Source: Patescibacteria group bacterium
Lineage (GTDB): Bacteria > Patescibacteriota > WWE3 > UBA101185 > 2-01-FULL-41-18
Direction: 5' to 3'
DNA length: 64,000 bases
Assembly: GCA_038064575.1 (NCBI GenBank)
Contig: JBBTST010000002.1
Span: forward strand, 9,992-73,991
The notes under the pieces were generated by a model. It was not told where the DNA came from. It saw only the letters and a program-made list of their open reading frames with translations, and searched no databases. Positions 29,753 through 39,847 of this stretch are shown here, piece by piece. Made by a program: the position numbers and the translations under genes. How positions within the stretch are numbered: the stretch's first letter is position 1; every line of letters begins with the position of its first letter.

Positions 29753-30613
29753 ATGACTATTTATCACCAGTCAATATTAGTGGTGGAGGTAGTTGCACAT
29801 TTACAAGTGAAGAAGGGTGGAAAGTATATTGATGCCACTCTTGGTGATGGTGGGCATGCCATTGAAATTTTGAAATTGGGAGGAAAAGTTTTATCTATTG
29901 ATCTTGATCCAGACGCACTTGAAAGAGCAAAACAAAGAATAACTGAGCTTAATTTGGGTAGCTTTTGGCAATCCTTTGAGGGCAATTTCAGAGACATTTT
30001 TCAGATTGCCACAAATGCGGGTTTTGGAGAAGTTGAAGGAGTTATTTATGATTTAGGAACCTCTTTACTTGAACTTTCAGACCCAAAGAGGGGTTTTTCA
30101 TTTTACTCAGGGGAACCCTTAGATATGAGGATGAGTCCTAAACTGGGAGTTACAGCCAAGGATTTAGTTAATGCCCTTCCGGAAAAGAGTCTTGCTAAGC
30201 TAATTTTTACATATGGGGAGGACAGATTTGCAAACATAATTGCAAGAGCAGTTGTTAATGCCAGGAAAGAAAAGGATATTGTATCCTGCAAGGAACTTGC
30301 TGAATTAATTTATAGCGTTGTTCCAAGAATCAAGGGTGTTTCAATACATCCTGCAACAAAAACTTTTCAAGCGTTAAGAATTGCTGTTAATGATGAGCTT
30401 ACAAACCTTGAGGTTTCTTTTGGCGGGGCTGAGAAGCTTTTGATACCTGGCGGTAAACTTGTGGTTATTACCTTTCACTCTTTAGAAGATAAAATCGCAA
30501 AAAGCTTACAGTCCCGACTAAAAGAAGTAGCAAAAGTACTTCCCTCTGAGGAGGAAATCACAAGAAACCCAAGGTCAAGGAGTGCTAAAGTGAGAATTTT
30601 TGAAAAATTATGA
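29753..30613 (+). CDS. rsmH: 16S rRNA m4C1402 methyltransferase
   Basis: DATLGDGGH, DLGTS, RGFSF..PLDMRM, HPATKTFQALRIAVN, FHSLED, NPRSRSAK. Confidence 0.97.
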   Translation: MTIYHQSILVVEVVAHLQVKKGGKYIDATLGDGGHAIEILKLGGKVLSIDLDPDALERAKQRITELNLGSFWQSFEGNFRDIFQIATNAGFGEVEGVIYDLGTSLLELSDPKRGFSFYSGEPLDMRMSPKLGVTAKDLVNALPEKSLAKLIFTYGEDRFANIIARAVVNARKEKDIVSCKELAELIYSVVPRIKGVSIHPATKTFQALRIAVNDELTNLEVSFGGAEKLLIPGGKLVVITFHSLEDKIAKSLQSRLKEVAKVLPSEEEITRNPRSRSAKVRIFEKL

Positions 30614-30906
30614 AAATTGATCTGCCAAAGTTAATCTTTTTCTTACTTATCTTTACTACTATTGTAACCTTTCTGGGCAGGGTCCATGTTTTGAATGACC
30701 TTGCAACAAGAGGTTCTGATATAAAAAGCCTTGACGGCAAAGTTTTTGGTCTTTCTAAAGAGAATGAGGAGCTTAAAGAGCAGATTATGCTTCTTTCATC
30801 TCTGAATACCATCAAGGATAAAGCTCTGGCAATGGGTTTGATTGAAGATAACTCCCCAGAATTTTTAACTTCCCCAGTTACAGCTTCTGTACCTTCCGGG
30901 TTTTAG
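30610..30906 (+). CDS. ftsL: FtsL-like cell division protein
   Basis: TM plus coiled coil, located between rsmH and ftsI. Confidence 0.7.
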   Translation: MKIDLPKLIFFLLIFTTIVTFLGRVHVLNDLATRGSDIKSLDGKVFGLSKENEELKEQIMLLSSLNTIKDKALAMGLIEDNSPEFLTSPVTASVPSGF

Positions 30907-30909
30907 GCT

Positions 30910-32724
30910 ATGCTAAAAAAGTTTGAGGTTAGAATTTATTTTGTTGAGGCCTTTCTTGCTTTGGGATTTGTCTTTGTTATCTTAAAACTTTTTTTCATTC
31001 AAGTTGTTCAAAATAAAGATTATTTAGCAAAAGCTAAAGATCAGCATTCCAGTGTGCGGGTTTTGCAAGCCAAACGAGGAGAAATACTGTCTTCAGATGG
31101 CTTTCCGTTAGCAACAAATAAGATAACTTATCTGTTATTTGCAGAACCTAAAGAAATTGAGGATAAAGAGGCGTATGCTAAGGCACTTGCGCCCATTTTG
31201 GTTGATAAGCCGAGTGAAAATGGCCTCAAAGGACTGTTTCCATCTGACGGATCTTCCCTAACTTCAGATAAGCTGGTTGAAACTCTTGTACTAAAAGAGA
31301 TCACTGAGACTGAAAAAAGAATCATTGAATATCTTTCTATGGATAAAGCGTGGGTGATGATAAAAAAAGGATTATCCAGAGAGGAAAAAAAGAAGGTAGA
31401 GGAGTTAAAATTGAAATGGTTAGGTTTTGAGGAAGAGCCTTTAAGGTATTATCCGGAAGGATTCCTTTCCTCCCACATTTTAGGCTATGTTGCGGGGGGC
31501 GACGCTTGGGAAAACCAGGGATATTTTGGTTTGGAGGGTTATTTCAATGGGGATTTAAAGGGCAAACCCGGTAAGATTTATGAGGAGTTAGGGGCTACGG
31601 GCAATATAATTCTATTAGGCGGTTTTAGAAAGATTCCCTCCCAGGATGGAAGAAGCCTTGTTACAACGGTTAGAAGAGATGTGCAATTTGTGGTTGAGAA
31701 GCTTCTGAGGGAGGGTGTGGAAAAGTATAGGGCAGAAAGCGGATCTGTTCTTATAATGAATCCAATTTCTGGAGATGTGATTGCGCTTGCAAATTATCCT
31801 ACTTTTGATCCTTCAGACATTGCGGATAAGGCTTTGGAGGCTAGTCCTGAGCTTAAAATATTGAAAAGAAATATTGTGATTTCAGATACTTACGAACCCG
31901 GTTCGATTATTAAACCTGTGACGGTGGCAGCTGCAATTGATTTAAAACTGGTTGATGAATATACCACTTTCAACGATGATGGTCCAAAGACTTACTCCGG
32001 TCACACAATTGATAATTGGAATGGCAAGCATTTGGGGATTCAAAACATCAGAGAATTGTTAGAAAAATCAAATAATATTGGTGCTTCATGGGTGGGAATG
32101 AAAGTAGGAGCAAAAGATTTGTATAGATACTTTAGAAAGTTTGGGTTTGGTGAGTATACAGGTATAGCTTTGGAGGGAGAAAATGCAGGAGTTTTAAGAG
32201 ATTCAAATGAATGGCGGGATATTGATCTTGCAACAGCAGCCTTTGGACAAGGGTTGTCACTGTCTGTGGTCCAGGTAGCCTCAGCTTTTTCTGTTTTTGA
32301 TAATGGTGGAAGGCTTGTTAAGCCTCGGGTGGTTTCAGCTATACTGGATGGTAAAAGAAGGATTGATGTTCCTGTTGAATATAAAAGGAAGATTATTTCT
32401 GAAGAAACGCTTGGAAAAATGAGGAAGTTATTGGTAAATGCGGTGGATGCCGGGGAATCAAGATACTTCAATGTAAAAAATTATACTATTGCAGGGAAAA
32501 CCGGAACTGCTCAAATCCCAATAGAAGGTAAATATGATCCTAATAAAACAAACGTGACTTTTGTTGGCTTTTTACCAAATGTTGAAAATAGCAAAAAGTT
32601 TGTGATGGTTGTTAAGCTTCAAACCCCTACATCAAGTATTTATGCCGCTGAAACGGCTGTTCCTTTATGGATGCAACTTCTGAAAGAATTAGTAAAAATT
32701 TATAAGATTCCACCCGACAGATAG
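30910..32724 (+). CDS. ftsI: Class B penicillin-binding protein (FtsI-like)
   Basis: RGEI, RYYP, GLEG, EPGSIIK (SxxK), SNN, KTGTAQ. Confidence 0.9.
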   Translation: MLKKFEVRIYFVEAFLALGFVFVILKLFFIQVVQNKDYLAKAKDQHSSVRVLQAKRGEILSSDGFPLATNKITYLLFAEPKEIEDKEAYAKALAPILVDKPSENGLKGLFPSDGSSLTSDKLVETLVLKEITETEKRIIEYLSMDKAWVMIKKGLSREEKKKVEELKLKWLGFEEEPLRYYPEGFLSSHILGYVAGGDAWENQGYFGLEGYFNGDLKGKPGKIYEELGATGNIILLGGFRKIPSQDGRSLVTTVRRDVQFVVEKLLREGVEKYRAESGSVLIMNPISGDVIALANYPTFDPSDIADKALEASPELKILKRNIVISDTYEPGSIIKPVTVAAAIDLKLVDEYTTFNDDGPKTYSGHTIDNWNGKHLGIQNIRELLEKSNNIGASWVGMKVGAKDLYRYFRKFGFGEYTGIALEGENAGVLRDSNEWRDIDLATAAFGQGLSLSVVQVASAFSVFDNGGRLVKPRVVSAILDGKRRIDVPVEYKRKIISEETLGKMRKLLVNAVDAGESRYFNVKNYTIAGKTGTAQIPIEGKYDPNKTNVTFVGFLPNVENSKKFVMVVKLQTPTSSIYAAETAVPLWMQLLKELVKIYKIPPDR

Positions 32725-32791
32725 GCTTGTATTCACTAATATATATTGGTATAATATATCCATCCAAAACTTTGGAAATAAGAATAAAAAA

Positions 32792-33124
32792 TTGGGTTAT
32801 TTGGGGGAAAACCTTGCAAAAGATTTTCTAGTGAAGAGAGGTTATAAGATTATGGCTCAAAACAGTCGTTTTGGTAGGAGTTTTGAGATTGATTTGATTG
32901 CATCTAAGAAAGGCGTTATTGTTTTTGTTGAGGTTAAAACCAGAAAATCTTTGAGGTACGGTTATCCGGAAGAAGCCATTACTTATAAGAAAAAGAAGAA
33001 CTTAGTGTTGGCATCCCAAATATATTTGGGTAAGGCAGCTGAGCAAGTTCAAGTCCGAATTGATGTAATAACTATTACCGTTTCTTGCGGGAAAGCTAAA
33101 CTTAGACATTTTATTGGGGTTTAG
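32792..33124 (+). CDS. yraN: YraN (UPF0102) family protein
   Basis: G..GE..A..FL..GY, EIDLIA, FVEVKTR, RIDVI; start uncertain. Confidence 0.9.
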   Translation: MGYLGENLAKDFLVKRGYKIMAQNSRFGRSFEIDLIASKKGVIVFVEVKTRKSLRYGYPEEAITYKKKKNLVLASQIYLGKAAEQVQVRIDVITITVSCGKAKLRHFIGV

Positions 33125-34148
33125 CAGAATTAAGCGTGGTGTTTTTATTATCTTTAGATTCAGGTTTTATGAGGCCGAGGCGTTCCTTCAGCTGGTTGTG
33201 AATTGGGGAATAGTCGTTGTTTTTGGCAACAAGGACCCAGGCGCCTCCATAGTCAGACATGGGTGGATTATAAAGATAATCCGAATTTACAAAAAAACTC
33301 TCAACTGTATAAGTATCTTTTTCAGGGTAATAAGCCCATAATAATTCGCTTTCTTTCAGGGTCAGATTTGTTGACATTCGTTGTGTAATAACCTCATAAA
33401 ATTTTGTGAGGATGAATGGGTTGAAAACGCTCTTTGGAGTTAGAATAGCGTTTGGCAACGCTTTTAGAATTTTGTGCTGTCTTTGCATTCTTTTAAAGTC
33501 GCTCCCTTCTCCGTTGTTGCCATGTCTTGACCTGGAAAGGACAAGCGCGCTTTTTCCGTCTATTGTTTGTATGCCTTTGTCAAAATTTACTGTTATGTAA
33601 GTTTTTGTGACATCATTTGGATATGCTGAGTCTGTGAACGCAGTCTCCAAGTCAACTTCAATGCCCCCCAGGGAGTCAATAAGCCATACCAGGTCCTCGA
33701 AATCGCACTGAATGTAGGCGTTGGGGCTTATTCCGGTAATACCTAAAAACGCCTTTTGCATGTCTTCCCAACCACCGTTTACAAAAGTGGCATTAATTCT
33801 TCCCCCGTTTATCCAAAGGTCCCTTGGTACAGAGGTTAACACAACTTTTTTTTGAGACTGATTAACAGATAGTAGAACCATGATATCTGTTCTAAAGGCA
33901 GTTTCTGCTTTATGTCTCCTGTCTATCCCAAGAAGAAGTATGCTAAACATCTTATCCTTTCCTATCTTAAGTGGTATTTGTGGCTCAGGTGATGTGTTTT
34001 TGGCCAGGTCTGAACTATCTTTTGGAGATATATCAAGGGGATAGGTAAAAGGGACATTTTTCATTAAAACTGCTAAGTAAATGACAGAGCTTATTAATAG
34101 ACTAAGAAGGAGTGTAAATCCAAACAAAAAAAGGGGTTTTTTAAACAT
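33111..34148 (-). CDS. LytR-CpsA-Psr (LCP) family glycopolymer transferase
   Basis: N-terminal TM, ILLLGID, RTDIMV, SVPRDLW, RSRH, SDFKRMQRQ. Confidence 0.93.
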   Translation of the reverse strand: MFKKPLFLFGFTLLLSLLISSVIYLAVLMKNVPFTYPLDISPKDSSDLAKNTSPEPQIPLKIGKDKMFSILLLGIDRRHKAETAFRTDIMVLLSVNQSQKKVVLTSVPRDLWINGGRINATFVNGGWEDMQKAFLGITGISPNAYIQCDFEDLVWLIDSLGGIEVDLETAFTDSAYPNDVTKTYITVNFDKGIQTIDGKSALVLSRSRHGNNGEGSDFKRMQRQHKILKALPNAILTPKSVFNPFILTKFYEVITQRMSTNLTLKESELLWAYYPEKDTYTVESFFVNSDYLYNPPMSDYGGAWVLVAKNNDYSPIHNQLKERLGLIKPESKDNKNTTLNSAKPQ

Positions 34149-34215
34149 ATCACAGAATTGTAACAGAGGTGGCTAGGTGGTTGAAGTTTTAAGTTTGAGA
34201 ACCTATTATTCAAAC

Positions 34216-35598
34216 ATGCTTAACCCGACCGTTTTCAGAAATTATGATATTAGAGGTATTGTTCCTGATGAGCTCACAGAATTGTCAGCTGAAGAGATAG
34301 GTAAAGCTTTTGGAACTTTGGTTCAATCAAAGTATGGAAAGAATATAGTAGTAGGGCATGATAATAGAAAAACTTCTGCGCCACTTAAAGATAAATTTGT
34401 ATATGGGCTTATGAGTACAGGTTGTAATGTTACAGATATTGGGTTAAGCCTAACTCCAATAATTGAGTTTCTCACATTTGAAAAAGAGTTTGATGCCGGT
34501 GTTATTGTTACTGCCAGTCATAATCCAAAACAATTCAACGGGTTCAGGTTTTGCGGAACTAAAGCAGATCCTTTATATGGTAATTCTATACAGGAAATAA
34601 AAAGTACTATCGATACACAAAATTATAAAAAATCTATGGGGTCGGTAACTTATGAAGATCTTTCAGAGGTGTATGTAAAATATATGGTTTCCAATTTCCA
34701 GTTTAATAAGAGGCACAGAGTTATTGTGGACTGCGGGAATGGAACATCAAGTGTAATTTCAATGAACATTTTTGAGAGACTTAACTTATCTGTTGTAGGA
34801 ATGTATTGTAATCTGGATGGAGATTATCCTCACGGCACACCTGATCCTGAAAGCAATCTGTTTATGCAGGATTTGGCCAAAGAAGTTTTAAAGCAGGGTA
34901 AGGAGATTGGTATTGCCTATGATACTGATGGAGATAGATTTGGACTAGTTGATGAGAAAGGCACAATTTATTCCAATGATAAGATGCTTTTACTGTTTGG
35001 AAAATACATGTTAAAGGATAATCCCGGTGCATCTGTGATATACGATGTTAAATGTACAGCTCTGTTGGAAGACAAAATCAAAGAGTTTGGTGGCGTTCCA
35101 ATAATGATGAGAACCGGACACCCTTATTTTATAGAGCGTATGAAGGGCGGCGCCTTACTTGGCGGAGAGTTTTCCGGCCATATCTACTTTTCTGATAAAT
35201 ATATGGGGTTTGACGATGGCATTTACGCCTCCTTAAGAGTTATTGAAATTTTGGATAAGGAGGATAAAAGCTTATCTGAATTAATGAGTGCTTTTCCTAA
35301 AATGTACCACACTGAGGAATTGAAGTATCCATGCAATGATAATGAAAAAGAGGCTTTGATTGAGAAGATTAGGGAGGTTGTAAAATCGAATCTTTCTATA
35401 GTTAGGGTGGATGAAACAGATGGGATAAGAGCTTATCTCAATCAAAATACCTGGTTTTTGGTCAGAGCATCCAATACCTCTCCTTATCTTTCCTTGAGAT
35501 TTGAATCCCAGAGGGAGAAAGACTTAAATGACGCTTTGATTTATATTGAAGGACTTTTGCCTAAGTTTCAAAGACCTTTAGAAATACTATATTCATAG
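34216..35598 (+). CDS. Phosphomannomutase/phosphoglucomutase
   Basis: FRNYDIRG, TASHNP, DTDGDR, GGEFSGH, RASNT; start at ATG 34216. Confidence 0.95.
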   Translation: MLNPTVFRNYDIRGIVPDELTELSAEEIGKAFGTLVQSKYGKNIVVGHDNRKTSAPLKDKFVYGLMSTGCNVTDIGLSLTPIIEFLTFEKEFDAGVIVTASHNPKQFNGFRFCGTKADPLYGNSIQEIKSTIDTQNYKKSMGSVTYEDLSEVYVKYMVSNFQFNKRHRVIVDCGNGTSSVISMNIFERLNLSVVGMYCNLDGDYPHGTPDPESNLFMQDLAKEVLKQGKEIGIAYDTDGDRFGLVDEKGTIYSNDKMLLLFGKYMLKDNPGASVIYDVKCTALLEDKIKEFGGVPIMMRTGHPYFIERMKGGALLGGEFSGHIYFSDKYMGFDDGIYASLRVIEILDKEDKSLSELMSAFPKMYHTEELKYPCNDNEKEALIEKIREVVKSNLSIVRVDETDGIRAYLNQNTWFLVRASNTSPYLSLRFESQREKDLNDALIYIEGLLPKFQRPLEILYS

Positions 35599-35647
35599 GT
35601 ATCAATGTGATTGAAATTGTGGGCTAAGAGGCTATAATTCATAGAGT

Positions 35648-37909
35648 ATGAAACCTGCCAATCTATTGTGGTTTAAAGAAATTAGGAAGAAAGATATCCC
35701 GACTGCCGGGGGAAAAGGGGCAAATCTTGGAGAAATGTACTCAAACTCAGTTCCGGTGCCTAATGGGTTTGTTATTACCGCACAGGCTTACTTTGATTTT
35801 ATTGAAGCTACTTCACTGAGAAATAAAATTCTAACAGAGCTTTCGGGGCTTGAAATAAGTAATAGCAAGGCTTTGATAGATGCCTCAGATAAGATAAAAA
35901 CAGCTATATTAGCAGCGGAAATGCCATCTTCATTAAAAGATGAAATTAAAAACTATTATCATGAGCTTTGTGGAGAGTTTGATAGAGAGGTTGCCGTTAG
36001 ATCCTCTGCTACAGCTGAAGACTTACCCGATGCCTCTTTTGCAGGGCAGCAAGAGACTTATTTGAATATAATCGGGTATGAAGAGGTAGTTAAGGCAGTT
36101 CAAAGGTGTTGGGCCTCCCTTTTTGAGTCGCGAGCAATCTTTTATAGAACGGATAAGGGTTATAACCATATGAAAGTAGGAATTGCGGTCCCTGTGCAAT
36201 TAATGGTTCAGAGTGAAACATCTGGCATAATGTTTACCGTAAATCCCATAACCAATGACCAGTCAGTTATTTCAATTGAAGCTGCTTTTGGGCTTGGTCA
36301 GCCTATTGTTTCAGGAGAGGTTACGCCTGATCAATTTTTGATTAAAAAAGATACTTTTGAAATTATTTCAAGAGAGTTGTCAAAGCAGACTTGGCAAATG
36401 ACAAAGAGCGGAAACATACCTGTATCTAAAGCATACCAGGAAACCCAAAAGCTTTCCGATACTTTTATTGTTGAGCTTGCTAAGATAGGCAAAAGAATTG
36501 AAGAGCATTATGGTTTCCCATGTGACATAGAGTGGGGACTTGAAAAAGGAAAACTATATATTGTTCAGTCTCGCCCTGTAACAACGCTTAAAATGAATAC
36601 CGATGATACTTCCCTTCAAATTGACGTTATAAATGAAAAATTACTGCTTGAGGGTCTTGGAGCTTCTCCCGGTGTAGCCTCAGGGCCTGTGAGAATAGTT
36701 AAAGATCCATCTGAGATAGGAATTGTTAAGAGTGGGGATGTGCTTGTTGCAAAAATGACAAACCCGGATTATGTCCCGGCAATGAGAAAGGCCGTAGCTA
36801 TAGTAACAGATGAAGGAGGAAGAACTTCACATGCCGCAATTGTGAGTCGTGAGCTTGGAGTTCCCGCTGTGGTTGGGACACAACATGCAACCGTAATGTT
36901 AAAAGATAAGGAGGTTGTCACTGTTGATGGGTCTAAGGGAAAGATCTATGAGGGTGATGTTGTTAAAGCTCATAAAGAAGAGGAAGTCAAAATTGATACA
37001 TCTTCTCTTAAAACTGCTACTAAAATATATGTGAATCTGGCAGAGCCCGATTTTGCCGCCGAAATAGCTAAGCGCAATGTTGATGGGGTGGGTTTGCTTA
37101 GGGCGGAGTTTATGATTGCCCAGATTGGGGAGCATCCCAGAAAATTCATCAAAGAAAAAAGACAGAAAGAATTTGTTGATAAGCTTGCCGCCGGTTTACT
37201 TGAATTTGCCAAAGCGTTTAACCCCCGTTCAATCATTTATAGGGCTACGGATTTTAGAACAAACGAATACAGAAACCTGAAAGGCGGGGAAGAATTTGAG
37301 GGGGAGGAGCCAAATCCAATGCTAGGCTTTAGAGGGGCTTCCAGGTATATTGCCGATCATGAGGTTTTTGATCTGGAGCTTGAAGCTATTAAAATTGTCA
37401 GAAATAAAAACGGGTTCAAGAATCTGCATTTGATGATTCCCTTTGTGCGTACTGTTGGGCAGTTAAGAGAAGTTAAAAAGTTTGTTTCTGCAGCCGGTTT
37501 GAGACGGGGCGGGACGTTTAAATTTTGGATGATGTGTGAAATTCCCTCAAATGTGATTTTACTTGAGGATTTTATTGCGGAAGGGCTTGATGGCGTATCA
37601 ATTGGATCGAATGATTTGACTATGTTGATTCTTGGGTGTGATAGAGATAATGAATTGGTGTCAAATGTTTTTTCAGAGCTTGATCCGGCAGTGTTGTGGG
37701 CTTTAGAACGCGTGATTACAACTTGTAAGAAAAACAAGGTGACATGCGGAATTTGTGGTCAGGCTCCTTCTGAATATCCGGAACTTGTTGAAAAGCTGGT
37801 TGATTGGGGTGTAACTTCAATTTCAGTAAGTCCTGATGTAATTGATAAAACCAGAAAGATTGTGTATGACGCGGAAAAGAAGCTTGTGAATAAGAAGGCT
37901 AGGAAGTGA
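35648..37909 (+). CDS. ppsA: Phosphoenolpyruvate synthase
   Basis: GGKGANLGEM, VAVRSSATAEDLPDASFAGQQETYLN, GGRTSHAAIV, EPNPMLGFRG. Confidence 0.97.
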   Translation: MKPANLLWFKEIRKKDIPTAGGKGANLGEMYSNSVPVPNGFVITAQAYFDFIEATSLRNKILTELSGLEISNSKALIDASDKIKTAILAAEMPSSLKDEIKNYYHELCGEFDREVAVRSSATAEDLPDASFAGQQETYLNIIGYEEVVKAVQRCWASLFESRAIFYRTDKGYNHMKVGIAVPVQLMVQSETSGIMFTVNPITNDQSVISIEAAFGLGQPIVSGEVTPDQFLIKKDTFEIISRELSKQTWQMTKSGNIPVSKAYQETQKLSDTFIVELAKIGKRIEEHYGFPCDIEWGLEKGKLYIVQSRPVTTLKMNTDDTSLQIDVINEKLLLEGLGASPGVASGPVRIVKDPSEIGIVKSGDVLVAKMTNPDYVPAMRKAVAIVTDEGGRTSHAAIVSRELGVPAVVGTQHATVMLKDKEVVTVDGSKGKIYEGDVVKAHKEEEVKIDTSSLKTATKIYVNLAEPDFAAEIAKRNVDGVGLLRAEFMIAQIGEHPRKFIKEKRQKEFVDKLAAGLLEFAKAFNPRSIIYRATDFRTNEYRNLKGGEEFEGEEPNPMLGFRGASRYIADHEVFDLELEAIKIVRNKNGFKNLHLMIPFVRTVGQLREVKKFVSAAGLRRGGTFKFWMMCEIPSNVILLEDFIAEGLDGVSIGSNDLTMLILGCDRDNELVSNVFSELDPAVLWALERVITTCKKNKVTCGICGQAPSEYPELVEKLVDWGVTSISVSPDVIDKTRKIVYDAEKKLVNKKARK

Positions 37910-38145
37910 CCTGTTGGTTTTGGTCGATCATAACCCATCACAAATAAAACCTTTCCTTAGTAGCTGAAATAGAGGTACTCCCAGTTCAACTTACTTAACA
38001 GCGTAAACTTGGCTCAAAGAGGAAACTTATAAAAACATAAAAGCTTTCTTCAAGTCTTGGGAAGGGTATGTTGGAGATCAAACAGTATATGAGGACACAG
38101 CCGTTCCGGGCTGTTTAACATTAGATCCGATTAAGGGATAGCTTT

Positions 38146-38679
38146 TCAATCGAATACTGCCTTCATGATTAAGGTTGACTCCTCTTTGTTGAGTCTCGCT
38201 GATAGTCTGTTTAACTCATCAATATCGTTTATCCCAATTCCTAAACCGTTTTCTAATGTGTATAAAGTTATATGCGTAGGTTGAGCTTCAAAGCTCATCT
38301 TAAAAGCAGTTCTAAGATAGTCATACAACAGCTCGATGTTGCTAACTTTTACCGCTGCTATTAAAGAACTCCTGTCTTCTCGTTTTGCCATTCTTATTTC
38401 GTCTGAAAAGGCAGCAAATTTGATTGGTACCTTTGTAACAAATTTATCAACCTCAGAAAGAATTGTGCTTAGTGCCTGCTCCTTAGTTATTTTTAATTTT
38501 TGTGAGAGCAAAGGTATGTACTTTTTGGTAGCAAGTATACTAATATGAAATTCCTTTTTAGCAAAGAAGTTTATATTTTGGATATTTAAGGTAGCAATCG
38601 GTGATAATTCTATGGGTAGCATAATATAGCCTTTTGAATAGAATAAATCGCCATTTAGTCGGATTTTTGAGTCTTCCAT
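38146..38679 (-). CDS. 2H phosphoesterase superfamily protein
   Basis: Two HxS/T motifs, FHISI and THITLY, about 90 aa apart. Confidence 0.75.
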   Translation of the reverse strand: MEDSKIRLNGDLFYSKGYIMLPIELSPIATLNIQNINFFAKKEFHISILATKKYIPLLSQKLKITKEQALSTILSEVDKFVTKVPIKFAAFSDEIRMAKREDRSSLIAAVKVSNIELLYDYLRTAFKMSFEAQPTHITLYTLENGLGIGINDIDELNRLSARLNKEESTLIMKAVFD

Positions 38680-38830
38680 AAAGTTATTTTAACAGCTGGT
38701 GATAGAAATTAGAATTAATTTCAGATTTATTTGATACAATATCCTTACTTACGGTAGGGGTAGTTTGATCAAAATTTCTCCATGTGTGGAGAAGACTTGG
38801 GTAAAACCCCAACCCCTACCCCAAGAAGAA

Positions 38831-39847
38831 ATGACAATACAAGAACACCTCGAAGACAGATTAAAAAATACTTCAAAATATACGCCTTCCAATGAGGATA
38901 GCAAGATAATTAAGTACGAAGGTATCGAAACCTTTATTTACAGAAAACTTACTTCAACTAAGTTTAGAAAAACATCCGTTGATTCTGATTCCGAAAAAAG
39001 AGTTAAGAAGGCAATTCATTTAAATGTTTCAAACAACAGCCCAATTAAACTTACTTATCCTTTTGGTGCTTATAAAATTTGGAGAGTTCCAACCTACCCA
39101 AAGGTTGACTGGGCAGAGTTTTTAACAATTTCTTATGTTTGCAGATATGTGGCGCCAATTCTTGCCGCTTACAAACCGGGGGCAGAAATCACCTTTTCTT
39201 CTGATGATGTTGTGATAGAACTTATTGATAATTACCCAAGAAAAGATTTAGATGCTTATGTTTCTTCTTTTAGGGAGTTGTTGGCAGCCTTTGGTAACTA
39301 TTTTCCTGAAAACTTGAAGGTGGAATTGAAACAAGTTGTTCCCGACATTTACTCCTTGAGTGACTATAATAAGGAGTTGAAAGAGTTGTTTTCTATCCTC
39401 AAGGCCACAGGTTTGTCAGAAGAAAGGAAAGTAAAATTAAGAAAGGCCTTCGAGTTTAACTTCCAAAGAAAAGGAAAGGATGACCTGACTTCAGATCTGG
39501 ACTACCAGAAGGCCTTAGACGATTTGATGATCTATAGTGAGGTGTATTTACAGCTGACAAAGAGGCGAGCCTTTGTTCGAGGTGAAGACAAAGTGGTCTT
39601 ATTTTCTCAGAAAATTCCTAATGCGCTTGATATAGGATCGACAAGTGTGTCTAAAGCTAAGTTTTGGGTGGGCATGGGAGTGTTGGAGCAGGCCGAAGGT
39701 AAGTTCTACGATAGAATTATGACTCCAAAGCAGTGGGAGGAGAATAAAACCAAAGTGAAGTGGGTGAATACTAGTCTGATCGCATTACCTAATTTTGAGA
39801 AAATCCCTGTTTTTAATGAAAGATTTAATTTCCTGAAGAGTGAATAA
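38831..39847 (+). CDS. Divergent PvcA/DIT1 (isonitrile synthase)-like protein
   Basis: PIKLTYPFGAYK...DWAE...YKPGAEITFSSD...DAY parallels the PvcA pattern PI.FVLPAFP.K...DMAE...Y.PGA.IT..SD...AY; start at ATG 38831. Confidence 0.6.
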   Translation: MTIQEHLEDRLKNTSKYTPSNEDSKIIKYEGIETFIYRKLTSTKFRKTSVDSDSEKRVKKAIHLNVSNNSPIKLTYPFGAYKIWRVPTYPKVDWAEFLTISYVCRYVAPILAAYKPGAEITFSSDDVVIELIDNYPRKDLDAYVSSFRELLAAFGNYFPENLKVELKQVVPDIYSLSDYNKELKELFSILKATGLSEERKVKLRKAFEFNFQRKGKDDLTSDLDYQKALDDLMIYSEVYLQLTKRRAFVRGEDKVVLFSQKIPNALDIGSTSVSKAKFWVGMGVLEQAEGKFYDRIMTPKQWEENKTKVKWVNTSLIALPNFEKIPVFNERFNFLKSE

